A DNA stretch of 64,000 nucleotides from Thermoplasmata archaeon (GTDB lineage Archaea > Thermoplasmatota > Thermoplasmata > Lutacidiplasmatales > UBA184): NCBI GenBank assembly GCA_035297105.1, contig DATGZO010000006.1:5415-69414 (forward strand). The letters are read 5' to 3'. Shown piece by piece: positions 27,402 to 37,990 of the stretch. Made by a program: the position numbers and the translations under genes. The first letter of the stretch is position 1; each line of letters begins with the position of its first letter. The notes beneath the pieces were generated by a model. The model worked only from the letters and a program-made list of their open reading frames with translations, searched no databases and was not told where the DNA came from.

Positions 27402-30400
27402 ATGGCCGACCGTCGAGCAGTTCTGCTGGGCACCGCCTTGGTGACTTTGATCATGGTCCTGTCTGCGATGGGACTCCTCCTCGTGGTGGCTCCGCCCGCG
27501 GGCGCCCACTCGACGGCCGTGTCCGTCGTCACAACGGGTGCGCCCGCGCGGATGGCGGCGGGCGGGACTTCGAGCCCTCCGACATCGGCGGGCCCGGCCA
27601 GCCGACTCAATGTGCCGGCGACCTCGACGACCCTGAGCCCTCTCGCTGAGAAGGTGCTCACCTCGGCCCATGCCCAAGGCATTCCGAACCGGGACGTCTT
27701 CGTTCCCCGTGCCGGAGCCACTCCCGCCCAGGAGGCTCGTGCCGGGGCCCAGGGCCACGTGACCCCGTTGTACGGCCAGTACTCCCCGGCCCCAATTGGG
27801 CTCGCCGATTACGGTCTCTCCGCGAACACGAACGGCAACGGGAGCATCGTCCCCTCGATCCTCAACACCTCGGCTCTCCTTGCGACGTTCGCCCCGAACG
27901 CCACCGGCGTTCTCGCGGCCTACCCCTTCGACAGCTCGCCAGACGCCTACGGCGTACAATTGAACGCCGTGAGCACGGCGATCAACCTGTTCGGAAACTC
28001 CAGCTACTCGTTCTGGACGCAGAACGTCGCCGAGTTCTACCCGACCTCGGGGACGCTCTACCTCGTCACCAATGTCTGGAACTTCTCCGGAGCATCCATC
28101 TCGGGCAACGCATTCTACACCACGGGGACGCTGGGGACCGACAACTCGGCGTCCTACGGGTCGGCCGGATTCTACTACTCCGAGTACATCGTCACCGGTC
28201 TCTCGTATCCGTTCACCCTGAATTTGTACATGAACAGCACGCTGAACTCGACTCGGAACATGGTCACGTTCTCCGTCGGGATCAACGACCCAAGCAACCC
28301 CGGCGTGTCAGGCGGTTACCCCTACGACTACGTCGTGTTCAACTCGTCCGCGGCGGTCCAGTCGAACTACGAGGCGAACGGCTTCACGTACAACGCCCTT
28401 GGCCTGACCAACGACTTCGAGGTCATCCTCGGAGGGCCGGGCGGCGGCGCCACCTCGGACCTGTTCGATGCGGACGCCAACCTCTCCCTCCAGTACTGGA
28501 ACGCCAGCGCGGGCTCCTACGAAGAAGTCCCGACGGCGTTCTCGTATGGCGGCGAGACGGGGGAGACGGTCACCGGCGCCAACGTGGCCTGGGCGATCAA
28601 CTCCACGGGTTCTCCCTACGGGGTCGTCACGACAGGGCCTGGCATCCTGGAAGGACTGTGGAACGCCACGGGCGCCCAGGGCGCCTACCCGGTCACCCTC
28701 GACATCACTCCATCGAACGCGTTCTACTTCGTAGCGCCGAACTGGACGAGCAACTTCACGTATGAAGGGGACCCGTACTGGGCGCCGCAGGAGTTGAACG
28801 GCGGGGTCTTCTACCTCGCTCCCGGGAACTACAACATCAGCATCCTACTGAGCGACTACGACCCGGTGTACACGAATTTCATCGTGACGTCGGCCGGTGT
28901 GACCATCACCATGACCCTGACGGCCGACGCGTCGATGGGCATCTACGCCCCCTTATACTTCTGGAACAACAATCAGTTCGCCGCGTTGTCTAGCAGTGGA
29001 TCCGGCACTCCCTCGAGCCCGTGGCAGATCGACAACACTCAGACGCTGGCGTTCCCCTCGGTGTTCGGTCTGTTCAATGACTACACGTTCCCCGTGTTCA
29101 CGGGCGTGTTCATCTGGGGCACGACCGACTCCGTGGTCCTGAACGACATGCCCGCGCTGACGACTGGGTCGCCCTACATCAACTTCCCGGCCACGAACGA
29201 CCTCGGGTACATCTTCTACTACGCGTCGAACATCGCGCTCGTCAACTCCACCCAGATCAGCGGATGGTTCACGACGAACGTGGCCTCCGGGATCGGGTAC
29301 GGGTTCATTGGGAACTATTACGCGACGTTCAGCGTCCTCGAGTGGGAGTCGACCGGAATGCTGTTCTCGGGCGACACCTTCCAGGTCCAGGCGGGCGGCA
29401 TCTACGCCGCCGACGGGACCTCGAACACGTTCTGGGGCAACACGTTCGAGGATGTCGCGATCCCGACGTTCGCGGCGTGCGCGACGTTCCACATCTGCGC
29501 CGAGAACCTGAGCCTCGGCCTCCAGCTCGCCGAGGGCGGCGACACGGTCTACAACAACGCGTTCAACCTGCCGGACCCCGCGTCGGAACCGCCGTTCGAC
29601 CTGTACACGGGCTCTGAAGTGCTCTGGACCAACACCTGGAACATCACCCCGACCCCCGCTGCGACCGTCAACTACGCGGCCGGCTGGCCGGACTTTCCCC
29701 TGACTGGGACGATCATCGGCAACGCGACCCAGGGCGGCAACTACTGGTCGAATTACGGTAACAGCGCCAACCCCACCGGCATGCTCCCGTACAACAACAG
29801 CCAGCCGACGGGCGCACCCTACGGGCAGATCTACAATGGGGGCGACTACTACCCGCTGGTCTACACCTACTACGCGGTCACCTTCACCGAGTCGGGCCTC
29901 ACGGCCGGTACCATGTGGACGGTCACGCTGAACAGCGTGGCCCAACACTCGTCGGGAACGACCATCGTGTTCAACGAGATCAACGGCGTGTGGCCCTTCA
30001 CCGTCTCGCTCGTGAGCGGCTACCACGCGCCCGTCCCCGCCACCGGGTCGATCACGGTGAACGGTGCGGCGACCGGACAGACGGTCACCTTCACGGCGAT
30101 CGCCCCGCCCCCGACGTATACCGCGACGTTCACGGAGACCGGGCTGGCGGCCTCGACCAATTGGTCGGTGACGTTCAACTCGGTCGTGTACTATTCGACG
30201 ACCGGTACCATTAGCATCTCGGGACTGGCGAACAATACGTACCCGTGGACCCTCAGGGCCCAGACCGGCTTCACGGCGAACCAGACCACCGGCAACGTGG
30301 TGATCGCGGGCGCGGACGTGGCGACCTTCATCGGGTTCACGGCCGTGACCCCGGCGACCTACACGGTGACGTTCACCGAGACGGGCCTCCCGTCGGGAGC

Positions 30401-30815
30401 CAGCTGGACCGTGACGCTCGCGGGCACTCCGAGTACCCAGACGACGGCGTCCATCACGTTCTCGGGTCTCGTGAACAACACCTATGCCTACACCCTCGGA
30501 GCCGTGACGGGCTACACGTCCTCGGTCACCTCGAGCTCGGTGATCGTGGCCGGTGCCTCCAAGACCGTGGGCGTGACGTTCACCGCGTCGAGCAGCCCCC
30601 CGCCGTCCGGCTCGGGTAGCAGCAGCGGCCTGTCCACGCTGGACTGGATCATCATCGGCGTCGTGATCGCGGTCATCATCATCGCCCTGATCATCGCGCT
30701 CGCCATGCGCGGCCGGTCGGGCGGCGGTGGGTCGAACACCGGAAGTTCCCCGAAGGAAGAGTCGGGGGACAGCTCGAACATGGACGACGGCTCGTCCGGC
30801 GGGGGCTCTGCGTAG
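27402..30815 (+). CDS. Thermopsin (peptidase A5) family surface protease 1
   Basis: PAPIGLADYG, VQLNAV, FWTQNV, GGPGGG, GETGET; three YxVTFTExGL repeats; C-terminal TM anchor. Confidence 0.92.
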   Translation: MADRRAVLLGTALVTLIMVLSAMGLLLVVAPPAGAHSTAVSVVTTGAPARMAAGGTSSPPTSAGPASRLNVPATSTTLSPLAEKVLTSAHAQGIPNRDVFVPRAGATPAQEARAGAQGHVTPLYGQYSPAPIGLADYGLSANTNGNGSIVPSILNTSALLATFAPNATGVLAAYPFDSSPDAYGVQLNAVSTAINLFGNSSYSFWTQNVAEFYPTSGTLYLVTNVWNFSGASISGNAFYTTGTLGTDNSASYGSAGFYYSEYIVTGLSYPFTLNLYMNSTLNSTRNMVTFSVGINDPSNPGVSGGYPYDYVVFNSSAAVQSNYEANGFTYNALGLTNDFEVILGGPGGGATSDLFDADANLSLQYWNASAGSYEEVPTAFSYGGETGETVTGANVAWAINSTGSPYGVVTTGPGILEGLWNATGAQGAYPVTLDITPSNAFYFVAPNWTSNFTYEGDPYWAPQELNGGVFYLAPGNYNISILLSDYDPVYTNFIVTSAGVTITMTLTADASMGIYAPLYFWNNNQFAALSSSGSGTPSSPWQIDNTQTLAFPSVFGLFNDYTFPVFTGVFIWGTTDSVVLNDMPALTTGSPYINFPATNDLGYIFYYASNIALVNSTQISGWFTTNVASGIGYGFIGNYYATFSVLEWESTGMLFSGDTFQVQAGGIYAADGTSNTFWGNTFEDVAIPTFAACATFHICAENLSLGLQLAEGGDTVYNNAFNLPDPASEPPFDLYTGSEVLWTNTWNITPTPAATVNYAAGWPDFPLTGTIIGNATQGGNYWSNYGNSANPTGMLPYNNSQPTGAPYGQIYNGGDYYPLVYTYYAVTFTESGLTAGTMWTVTLNSVAQHSSGTTIVFNEINGVWPFTVSLVSGYHAPVPATGSITVNGAATGQTVTFTAIAPPPTYTATFTETGLAASTNWSVTFNSVVYYSTTGTISISGLANNTYPWTLRAQTGFTANQTTGNVVIAGADVATFIGFTAVTPATYTVTFTETGLPSGASWTVTLAGTPSTQTTASITFSGLVNNTYAYTLGAVTGYTSSVTSSSVIVAGASKTVGVTFTASSSPPPSGSGSSSGLSTLDWIIIGVVIAVIIIALIIALAMRGRSGGGGSNTGSSPKEESGDSSNMDDGSSGGGSA

Positions 30816-30835
30816 GGGTTCCGGCGAACCCAGGG

Positions 30836-30858
30836 CCAACCCTTTCCTTCCTTTCTCC
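30836..30858 (+). terminator. Pyrimidine-tract terminator candidate
   Basis: CCAACCCTTTCCTTCCTTTCTCC 20 nt after the stop. Confidence 0.55.
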
Positions 30859-30997
30859 TTCGGTTCATCCGACCGGGCGACGGCCCTCTCAGGCCACCGG
30901 GCCACGGGCCGGCACCGGGGAAGAGCGGCGCGCGGATTCTGCAGGAATCGCCGAGGTCACGAGACTTAAGTAGCGAGCCCCGTTCGCAACGGTGAAC

Positions 30998-33900
30998 ATG
31001 GCCGACCGTCGAGCCGTACTGCTGGGCGCCGCTCTCGTAACCGTCCTCATGGTCCTCTCTTCGATGGGGCTCCTTTCGGGTCTTGCCGGAGCCACGGGCT
31101 CTCACCCGGCTACGGCGGCCACCGTTAGCGCCACCACGACCGTCTCGAGTTCGGTCGCCCCCGCACGGATCCCGGGCGGCTCGACCGGGTTCGGAGGCGG
31201 ACACTTCCTCCCGACCCCGACCGCCGCGAACGCCCCCACAACGACCCGGGCCGCCCCGTCCGTGGGTTCGGTCTCCCCGGTCGTCGCCAAAGTGGAGAGT
31301 CAGATCGCCAACCACCAGATCAATCCGTCGAGCGTCTTCCTCCCGAGCGCCTTCACCCACACCGGCGCCGCCCCAGCGTCGGGGATCTCTCCCACGTACC
31401 CCGGCACGCCGGCGCCAATGGGCCTCGCCGACCTCGGGGTCGGCGCGGGGGGCAATTACGAATACAACACGACCAGTTTCGCCTCATTCCTGACCCTCAA
31501 CAACTTCACCGACTACAACCCCGGTTATGCCGGGTGGGACGCCCCGCCGAACTACATGACGTTCCAGCTCAACACGGTCACGGTCAACGTCTCCTACCCC
31601 GGCGGTACGCACGGGGTCTTCTGGATCCAGAACGTCGCGCACTTCAACGGGACCGACCTCCAGTTCGAGAACAACATCTGGAACATGACCGCCGCCGGGG
31701 TCGGGCTCAATGCGGGAACTCTCGCGCCCGGATACCAGGGAACCCTCGTTGCCGGCGAATTCTACTACACGTACGGACCGCTCTTCCAGGTCCATTACCC
31801 TTTTTCGCTCAACCTGTACAACAACATCTCGACCGCCGGCGGCGTGCCAAGCGTCTACTTCAACTACACGATCACCAACGCGACCCTCGGCGGGTTCACC
31901 CAGAATTGGTCGGCGTACTACGACCACGTCACGTTCAACGGCAACCTGGTCTCGGGCGCTCCCCCCGAGTTCGAAGTGAACGGGTACAACTACAATCCCG
32001 CCGGCCTCCTCTGGGACGCCGAGCTCATCTTCGGCGGGAACGGGGGCGGCGCCAACGCGGTCATCACTCAGCTGAACGGTTCGGCCAACCTCGAGTCTTG
32101 GAACAACGTCACGAAGCAGTACACGAACGTCTCGTCCGCGTACGACTACGGTGAGGACACCGGCGAGACGGCCGTGGGCGTCGCGAGCTACTACCTCGGA
32201 ACCACCGAATACCTGAGCCAAGGTCCCTCGATCCTGTACGGGCTCTGGAACACGGCCAACTCCTCCTTCGGCCCGGCGGCCCTACCCGGCTGGATCTCCG
32301 TCACCTACGGCACGACCGTGAACTACGCGTTCAGCTTCTTCGAAACCGAGGACAATTACTACACCGCGGGCGACAACTGGAGCTACGCTCCCACGGACCT
32401 CGCCGGTATCGGGGTGACCCGACTCCCCCCTGTCTGGTCGAACAACGAGTACGACTTCGCCGCTTGGGCGGACGGATACGACCCGGTGAGCCCGCTCATC
32501 GTCGGGGGCAACACGACGGTAGAAGTCCTTCTCAACAGCGACCCGAGTGTGTTTAACGCCCCGGTCTACCTCAGCTCCGACGCGCAGGCGAGCAGCTTCG
32601 GATTCGCGGGGATCTACGGGGTCTCCTGGACGAGCATCTCCGGCGTCAGCAATCTTTCCATCAATGACAGTAAGGCGGCTATCGCTCCGGCGTTCCTCCA
32701 ACTGAACGATTTCCGGTTCGCCACGTTCTTCCTGGCCGCCGTGGATAACCTCACCACGTCGGTCTACCTCAACGGATTCCTCCAGGACCCCACAACTTTC
32801 AACTACAGCTTCTACGCGCACACCCTCCATCTCCCCGGTTGGACCCAGGGTTACTACTTCAACTACGGCTCGGGAATCTACACCGTCACCAACACGACCA
32901 TCACCGGTAACGCGGATGTTGAGTTCTGGAGCACGCTGTACAGCAGTGCCTCCAACATCGTGACGTCCGGCGACTCGTTCGGAGTCGACGTCCTCCAGGG
33001 GAACTACACGGAGTTCGACAACATCACGAGCGAGACCGGCGCCAACGCGATCGGCGTGATGAACTCCTACGAGGTCTTCGGGTACGATCTTTCGTCCAAC
33101 GGGACGGACGTGAACGCGGTGCCGAGCTGGGCGGCGTACCTGTTCGCCAGCCAGGACGTCTACCTGTTCACGACCACTACGACCAACGGCGCGCTCGGCA
33201 TTTACAGCGACCAAATCGAAAGCTTCTACTACGTAGGACTGACCGCCACCAACGCCTACGCGGCCCTGGAACTTCTGGACACCGGCTTCGGCGAGGTCAC
33301 CGACCTCCTCGTCAATCACTCCTACGGCGTCTACGCCGACCTCTACGGGTACGTCGACTTCTACAACTGGACGTTCACGAACGGCTCCTCGGGGGGCAAC
33401 CTGTTGGACGGCGTCGGCGGGGAATACGTGTACGGCCTCAACGTCGTGGACTCGAGTGGGCTATACCTGGAAGGGATCACGGGCCTGCTCGCCCACTTCA
33501 TCAACGCCTCGGGCCCCTCGAGCTACGGGATCGAAGCGTCAACGACCAACTACTCCTCCTTCTACAATGTGACCGCGGTCAACAACGCCGAAGGGGTCGT
33601 CGTCGAAGGGGGGCAGAACGTTTCGGCCGCGAACATTACCTCCCGCCTCGGTTCCTTCGGATTCGGGATCCTCGGCGCCCAGAATGTCACGGTCGCGAAC
33701 GTGACCGTCTCCGACGGCGCGGCGGGTGCGCTCGTGGAGAGCAGCGAGAACGTCACGGTCGCCAACGTCACCGTCTCGGGCGTGGGCGTCGGGGTCGGCG
33801 TGATCGCGGACGAGTACGTCCTGGTCGACAACGTCAACTCGACGGCGGCCACCCCCGGGCCGGAGTACTTCTCGACCACCCAGATCCGCAGCGCCCCCAA

Positions 33901-35605
33901 CGCGGCGGTCGCTTCCATCCACAATGAATACGCGGAGATCCTGCACGTTTCCGCGTACAACGCGGGTTTCGCCCTCGAGGACAACGGCTCGAACGAATTG
34001 CTCGCCGTGAACATCACGTCCTGGTATGCCCAAGTCGGTGTCCAGTTCAACGGGACGGTGAATGCCACCGTCGCGGAGGCGTTCCTGTTCGGGAGCGGCA
34101 TTGGTGTGGTGTTCCAGAACACGACGAACGTGGATCTCGAGGCGAGCACCTTGGAAGCTTCCGCCAGCTACGGGGTCTCGGTCGAGAACGGCAGCGAGAT
34201 CTTCGTTACCGCGAACAACTTCGTCGCCAACAACGGCGCCAGTACCAACGAGCACTTCGACATGTACATCTTGCAAGCCGCGTCCGTGGGGGCGACCTTC
34301 GTGTACTTCGACGTGTCGGGCGTCGGTAACTACTGGTCGGACTGGAACCCTGCAGGCGGATCCTATATCATCGCGTCCGGCGTGACCGACGGAAACCCCA
34401 GCGGGTACTTCATCACCAACTGGCTCGAATTCATGGAAACGGGTCTCCCCGCCTACACGACGTGGGGATTCACGCTGGACACGATCACCTACACGACCAG
34501 CGCTCCTCTCGTGTTCATCCCGAGCTGGTCGCTCGGGGACCCGAACCTCGGGTACGTGGTGGACCCCCCGGTGGGGTACACCCCGACCCCCGCCTCCGGG
34601 ACCGTCCCCTACACGGGGGTCAACACGACCGTGACGATCGCCTTCGCGGCTATCCCGTACACCGTGACGTTCGACGAATCGGGACTCGCGAGCGGGACTT
34701 CCTGGTCGGTTACGTTCGACGGAACGCCCCAGTCGGGGACGGGCAGTTCGATCGTATTCTCGAACGTCATCGTCGGAACCTACGCGTATACGATCGCCCC
34801 CGTACCCGGCTACACCGCCCTACCCACCAGTGGCTCGGTCACGCTGGCAGGATCGGACAAGACGGTCGATGCGGCGTTCACCGTGGTCACGTACGCGGTC
34901 ACCTTCACGGAGAGCGGGCTCGCGCCCGGTACCTCCTGGTCGGTCACGCTCGGATCGCAGACCACCCCCTCGACCACGAATACGATCCAGTTCGGCGAGC
35001 CGAATGAGACGTACACCTACACGATCGCCGCGGTGGCGGGCTACACCGCCAACGTGACCCACGGTTCGATAACGGTCCAGGGTCAGGCGAAGTCGGTATC
35101 GATCGCGTTCACCGCAGTGACCCCCGTGACCTACTCGGTGACCTTCTCCGAGACGGGACTCGCGACGGGATTGACCTGGTCGGTGACCTTCGCCGGGACC
35201 CCGAAGTCGGCGGCCGCCGGAGCGACCATCACCTTCGCGGGCCTCGCGAACAACACGTACTCCTACACGGTCGGAGCCGTCACGGGCTACACGTCGTCGG
35301 TCACCTCGAACTCGGTGATCGTGGCCGGCAACTCCCCGTCCGTGACCGTGACGTTCAGTGCGACAAGTAGTCCGCCACCGCCCGCCTCCTCCGGGAGCAG
35401 TGGCGGCCTGTCCACACTGGACTGGGCGATCATCGGCATCGTGATCGCGCTCCTCATCGTGGGAATGCTGGTGGCCCTGATGCGGCGCGGTCGGGGCGGA
35501 GCGGCTACGACCCCTGCCGCGGCCACGAACCCGCCACCCCCCAAGCCCTGGGACGAGGGAAGCGCGGGCCAATCCCCCCCGGACCCATCGGAAGGGACCC
35601 CCTAG
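30998..35605 (+). CDS. Thermopsin family surface protease 2 with long beta-helix-like region
   Basis: PAPMGLADLG, FQLNTV, FWIQNV, GGNGGG, EDTGET; NVTVANVTVS-type repeats, GNYWSD, four TFxExGL-type repeats, TM anchor. Confidence 0.92.
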   Translation: MADRRAVLLGAALVTVLMVLSSMGLLSGLAGATGSHPATAATVSATTTVSSSVAPARIPGGSTGFGGGHFLPTPTAANAPTTTRAAPSVGSVSPVVAKVESQIANHQINPSSVFLPSAFTHTGAAPASGISPTYPGTPAPMGLADLGVGAGGNYEYNTTSFASFLTLNNFTDYNPGYAGWDAPPNYMTFQLNTVTVNVSYPGGTHGVFWIQNVAHFNGTDLQFENNIWNMTAAGVGLNAGTLAPGYQGTLVAGEFYYTYGPLFQVHYPFSLNLYNNISTAGGVPSVYFNYTITNATLGGFTQNWSAYYDHVTFNGNLVSGAPPEFEVNGYNYNPAGLLWDAELIFGGNGGGANAVITQLNGSANLESWNNVTKQYTNVSSAYDYGEDTGETAVGVASYYLGTTEYLSQGPSILYGLWNTANSSFGPAALPGWISVTYGTTVNYAFSFFETEDNYYTAGDNWSYAPTDLAGIGVTRLPPVWSNNEYDFAAWADGYDPVSPLIVGGNTTVEVLLNSDPSVFNAPVYLSSDAQASSFGFAGIYGVSWTSISGVSNLSINDSKAAIAPAFLQLNDFRFATFFLAAVDNLTTSVYLNGFLQDPTTFNYSFYAHTLHLPGWTQGYYFNYGSGIYTVTNTTITGNADVEFWSTLYSSASNIVTSGDSFGVDVLQGNYTEFDNITSETGANAIGVMNSYEVFGYDLSSNGTDVNAVPSWAAYLFASQDVYLFTTTTTNGALGIYSDQIESFYYVGLTATNAYAALELLDTGFGEVTDLLVNHSYGVYADLYGYVDFYNWTFTNGSSGGNLLDGVGGEYVYGLNVVDSSGLYLEGITGLLAHFINASGPSSYGIEASTTNYSSFYNVTAVNNAEGVVVEGGQNVSAANITSRLGSFGFGILGAQNVTVANVTVSDGAAGALVESSENVTVANVTVSGVGVGVGVIADEYVLVDNVNSTAATPGPEYFSTTQIRSAPNAAVASIHNEYAEILHVSAYNAGFALEDNGSNELLAVNITSWYAQVGVQFNGTVNATVAEAFLFGSGIGVVFQNTTNVDLEASTLEASASYGVSVENGSEIFVTANNFVANNGASTNEHFDMYILQAASVGATFVYFDVSGVGNYWSDWNPAGGSYIIASGVTDGNPSGYFITNWLEFMETGLPAYTTWGFTLDTITYTTSAPLVFIPSWSLGDPNLGYVVDPPVGYTPTPASGTVPYTGVNTTVTIAFAAIPYTVTFDESGLASGTSWSVTFDGTPQSGTGSSIVFSNVIVGTYAYTIAPVPGYTALPTSGSVTLAGSDKTVDAAFTVVTYAVTFTESGLAPGTSWSVTLGSQTTPSTTNTIQFGEPNETYTYTIAAVAGYTANVTHGSITVQGQAKSVSIAFTAVTPVTYSVTFSETGLATGLTWSVTFAGTPKSAAAGATITFAGLANNTYSYTVGAVTGYTSSVTSNSVIVAGNSPSVTVTFSATSSPPPPASSGSSGGLSTLDWAIIGIVIALLIVGMLVALMRRGRGGAATTPAAATNPPPPKPWDEGSAGQSPPDPSEGTP

Positions 35606-35626
35606 TACGACCGAGGGCGGCCGGGA

Positions 35627-35650
35627 CCAACCCTTTCTTTTCGTCTTTCC
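35627..35650 (+). terminator. Pyrimidine-tract terminator candidate
   Basis: CCAACCCTTTCTTTTCGTCTTTCC 21 nt after the stop. Confidence 0.55.
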
Positions 35651-35785
35651 TGGCTTCGCTGGCGGTTGAAAGCCACGAGGGGCCGGAACACCACCCGCCG
35701 TGGATGGAATGCCCCCCCGCCTCAACAAAGAATCCAGGGGCGAGGGTTCGGAGGACGCACCCCCGCCCCGGAGGGGAGATTTCGG

Positions 35786-36070
35786 TCAGCAGGCGCCGCG
35801 TTCGACTACCTCTTCGCAGTGCGAGGCGGGCGTGACCTTGAGCGTCCCCATCTGGCCGAACGGGGCGAAGTAGTCGCGCACTTTCTTCTCGTTCTCTGCC
35901 TCCACGATCAGGTAGAGGTGGTGGCCGCCATTGGCGACTGCGTCGCCGTGGACCCGGATGCCGGCCTGGCCCGCGCTATGGATGATGGCCAGAAGGCCAG
36001 CCGCCATCTGCGGGTTCTGGGCGGGGCAGCGTTCGCCGGGGTGGGTATGCTCTGCGATGAAGAGCGCCAT
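35786..36070 (-). CDS. Small ferredoxin-like fold protein (DUF3303-like)
   Basis: 94 aa; HTHPGERCP, HHLYLIVEA, C-terminal HC...GAC; normal codon usage. Confidence 0.7.
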   Translation of the reverse strand: MALFIAEHTHPGERCPAQNPQMAAGLLAIIHSAGQAGIRVHGDAVANGGHHLYLIVEAENEKKVRDYFAPFGQMGTLKVTPASHCEEVVERGAC

Positions 36071-36157
36071 GGGCGAGCGTCAAAAAGGGGTGGGATAAGA
36101 GGGTCGAGTTGGGCGTAAATTCCGCCCACCTCCGACGGATTTCGACTCGGGCCGCCC

Positions 36158-36997
36158 CTACGCCCGACCCGGTGACCCCCGATGGTCAGCCGGTCGCCCT
36201 CGGGAGGGGTCCTCGAGCGTGCCGGAAAGTACCGTCACGGCCTCCCCTGAGATCGCGATCCGTCGACCCTCCACGCGGACCCGAAACATTCCCCCTCGTG
36301 GGGAGGCCTGATACCCCGTTACCTCGGATCGGCCCAACCGGGTGGCCCAGAAGGGTCCGAGGATGCACTGGATCGACCCGGTCACCGAATCCTCCGGGAC
36401 GCCGTAGTTGGGAGCGAAGAAGCGACAGAGGTAGTGGTACTCCTTCCGGTCCGAGAGGGCGGTCACCACGACGCCGCGGCAGGGGATCCGCGCGAGGGCG
36501 TCGTAGTCCGGGACGAGCTTCCGCAGCTTCGCCGCCGACGCGACTTGGACCAGGTAATCGAACCGGGCGCGGCCCACAAAGGAGAACGGGAGTGGGATTC
36601 CCTTCTGAAGTCCGGCGGGGGCCCGAACCGGCCGCACCGGGTCCGCGGGGAAGTTCAACTCGAGACCTGTCCCGGTTCGTCGGACCCGCAGCTCCCCGCT
36701 CTGGGTGGCGAAGCGCGCGGTCTCGTCGGGACCCAGGAAGCCCCGTTCGAACAGGACGTGGGCCGCCGCCAGGGTGGCGTGGCCACACAGTTCCACCTCG
36801 ACGGTCGGACTGAACCACCGGAGCCGGTACGTCTCGCCCTGTCGGTAGAGGAAGGCGGTCTCCGCGTGCTTCATCTCGGCCGCCACCGACTGCATCCAAG
36901 CCCGGGGTGCGGGGCCGTTGAGGAGGCACACTCCCGCCGGATTCCCCCGGAAGGGTCGGGCGGTGAAGGCGTCGACCACGAAGATGGGCACCGGCAT
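36158..36997 (-). CDS. PhzF family epimerase/isomerase
   Basis: VDAFT..PFRGNPAGV, ETAF, ELCGHATLA, EDSVTGS. Confidence 0.95.
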   Translation of the reverse strand: MPVPIFVVDAFTARPFRGNPAGVCLLNGPAPRAWMQSVAAEMKHAETAFLYRQGETYRLRWFSPTVEVELCGHATLAAAHVLFERGFLGPDETARFATQSGELRVRRTGTGLELNFPADPVRPVRAPAGLQKGIPLPFSFVGRARFDYLVQVASAAKLRKLVPDYDALARIPCRGVVVTALSDRKEYHYLCRFFAPNYGVPEDSVTGSIQCILGPFWATRLGRSEVTGYQASPRGGMFRVRVEGRRIAISGEAVTVLSGTLEDPSRGRPADHRGSPGRA

Positions 36998-37077
36998 GCC
37001 GACCCGAATCGCCGGGGTCTCTTATCACAGGAGGGTCCCGCGAGGGGATCCGGCCCTCCCCCGACTACGACCCGGGC

Positions 37078-37464
37078 TCACTTTGCCGTTCGTTCCTTCC
37101 CTCCCCAGGCCCAAACGGCCAGCCCCGCTACGACCGATGCAACCAGGATGCCGGCCACGATAGGTGCCAGCGCGGCGACTTCGAAGGCCCCAACCGGGGA
37201 GGAGGGGCTGGGGGTGAACGTCACGTTGAACTCGGCGACCGACCGGGGCTCCGGTGGCGATCGGGCCCCGCCCGGAGAGTGAGGGGCTCCGAGCACCTGG
37301 GGAAAAGCGGGGCGACTCAACCCCGACCTGCTTCCGAGGGTGCCGGACAAGAGGAGCACAACCAAGCTAAGGATCAACGCGACGGCGCCCCCGCGTGCCC
37401 GCCAAGGTATCCGCCAATACCCCCCAACGGTACCGCAAGAGAACGGATTAGGGGGAAGCAACAC
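37078..37464 (-). CDS. Possible small two-TM membrane protein
   Basis: Two hydrophobic segments in an otherwise empty interval; start uncertain. Confidence 0.35.
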   Translation of the reverse strand: MLLPPNPFSCGTVGGYWRIPWRARGGAVALILSLVVLLLSGTLGSRSGLSRPAFPQVLGAPHSPGGARSPPEPRSVAEFNVTFTPSPSSPVGAFEVAALAPIVAGILVASVVAGLAVWAWGGKERTAK

Positions 37465-37506
37465 GCATTTGACCCTCCGCGGAGGTCTGTCACTCGGACA
37501 AGAACC

Positions 37507-37953
37507 ATGGTCGAGTACCAGGACGAGGGTGTATTCCCCGCTCCGCCGGATCAGGTATGGCGCCTGCTACAGGCCCACTTGGACCCGGCTCGGATCACGG
37601 CGATCCACCCTCTCGTCAAGTCCCATGCCGTGGTCCGCCAGGAAGGGGACGTCACCACGGTTCGTCGGATGATCGACGTGCGGGGGAAGCTCCTCCCTTC
37701 CGAATGGAAGGTGACCAGTCGCCCGCCCGAAATGAGCCGATGGGACATCGTGAGCAGCGAGGGCCCGTGGGCGGCCGGAAGTTGGATCGAAAACCACTAT
37801 TCGGAGGCCTCGGGCGGCACCCGGATCGTGACCCGGGGCGACGTGAAGGTGAAGGTTTTGCCCTTCATCCTTCCCCAGCGCCCGGTGATCCGAAGGATCT
37901 TCTCGGACATCGATCGCGAGGACGTGGCCTACCTCCCCCGACTGCGTCCCTAA
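37507..37953 (+). CDS. SRPBCC/START-like family protein
   Basis: FPAPPDQVWRLL, IHP, GGTRIV; 148 aa. Confidence 0.8.
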   Translation: MVEYQDEGVFPAPPDQVWRLLQAHLDPARITAIHPLVKSHAVVRQEGDVTTVRRMIDVRGKLLPSEWKVTSRPPEMSRWDIVSSEGPWAAGSWIENHYSEASGGTRIVTRGDVKVKVLPFILPQRPVIRRIFSDIDREDVAYLPRLRP

Positions 37954-37990
37954 ACACCCCGGACGACCGGTGGGCCGGTCTCCACACGGG

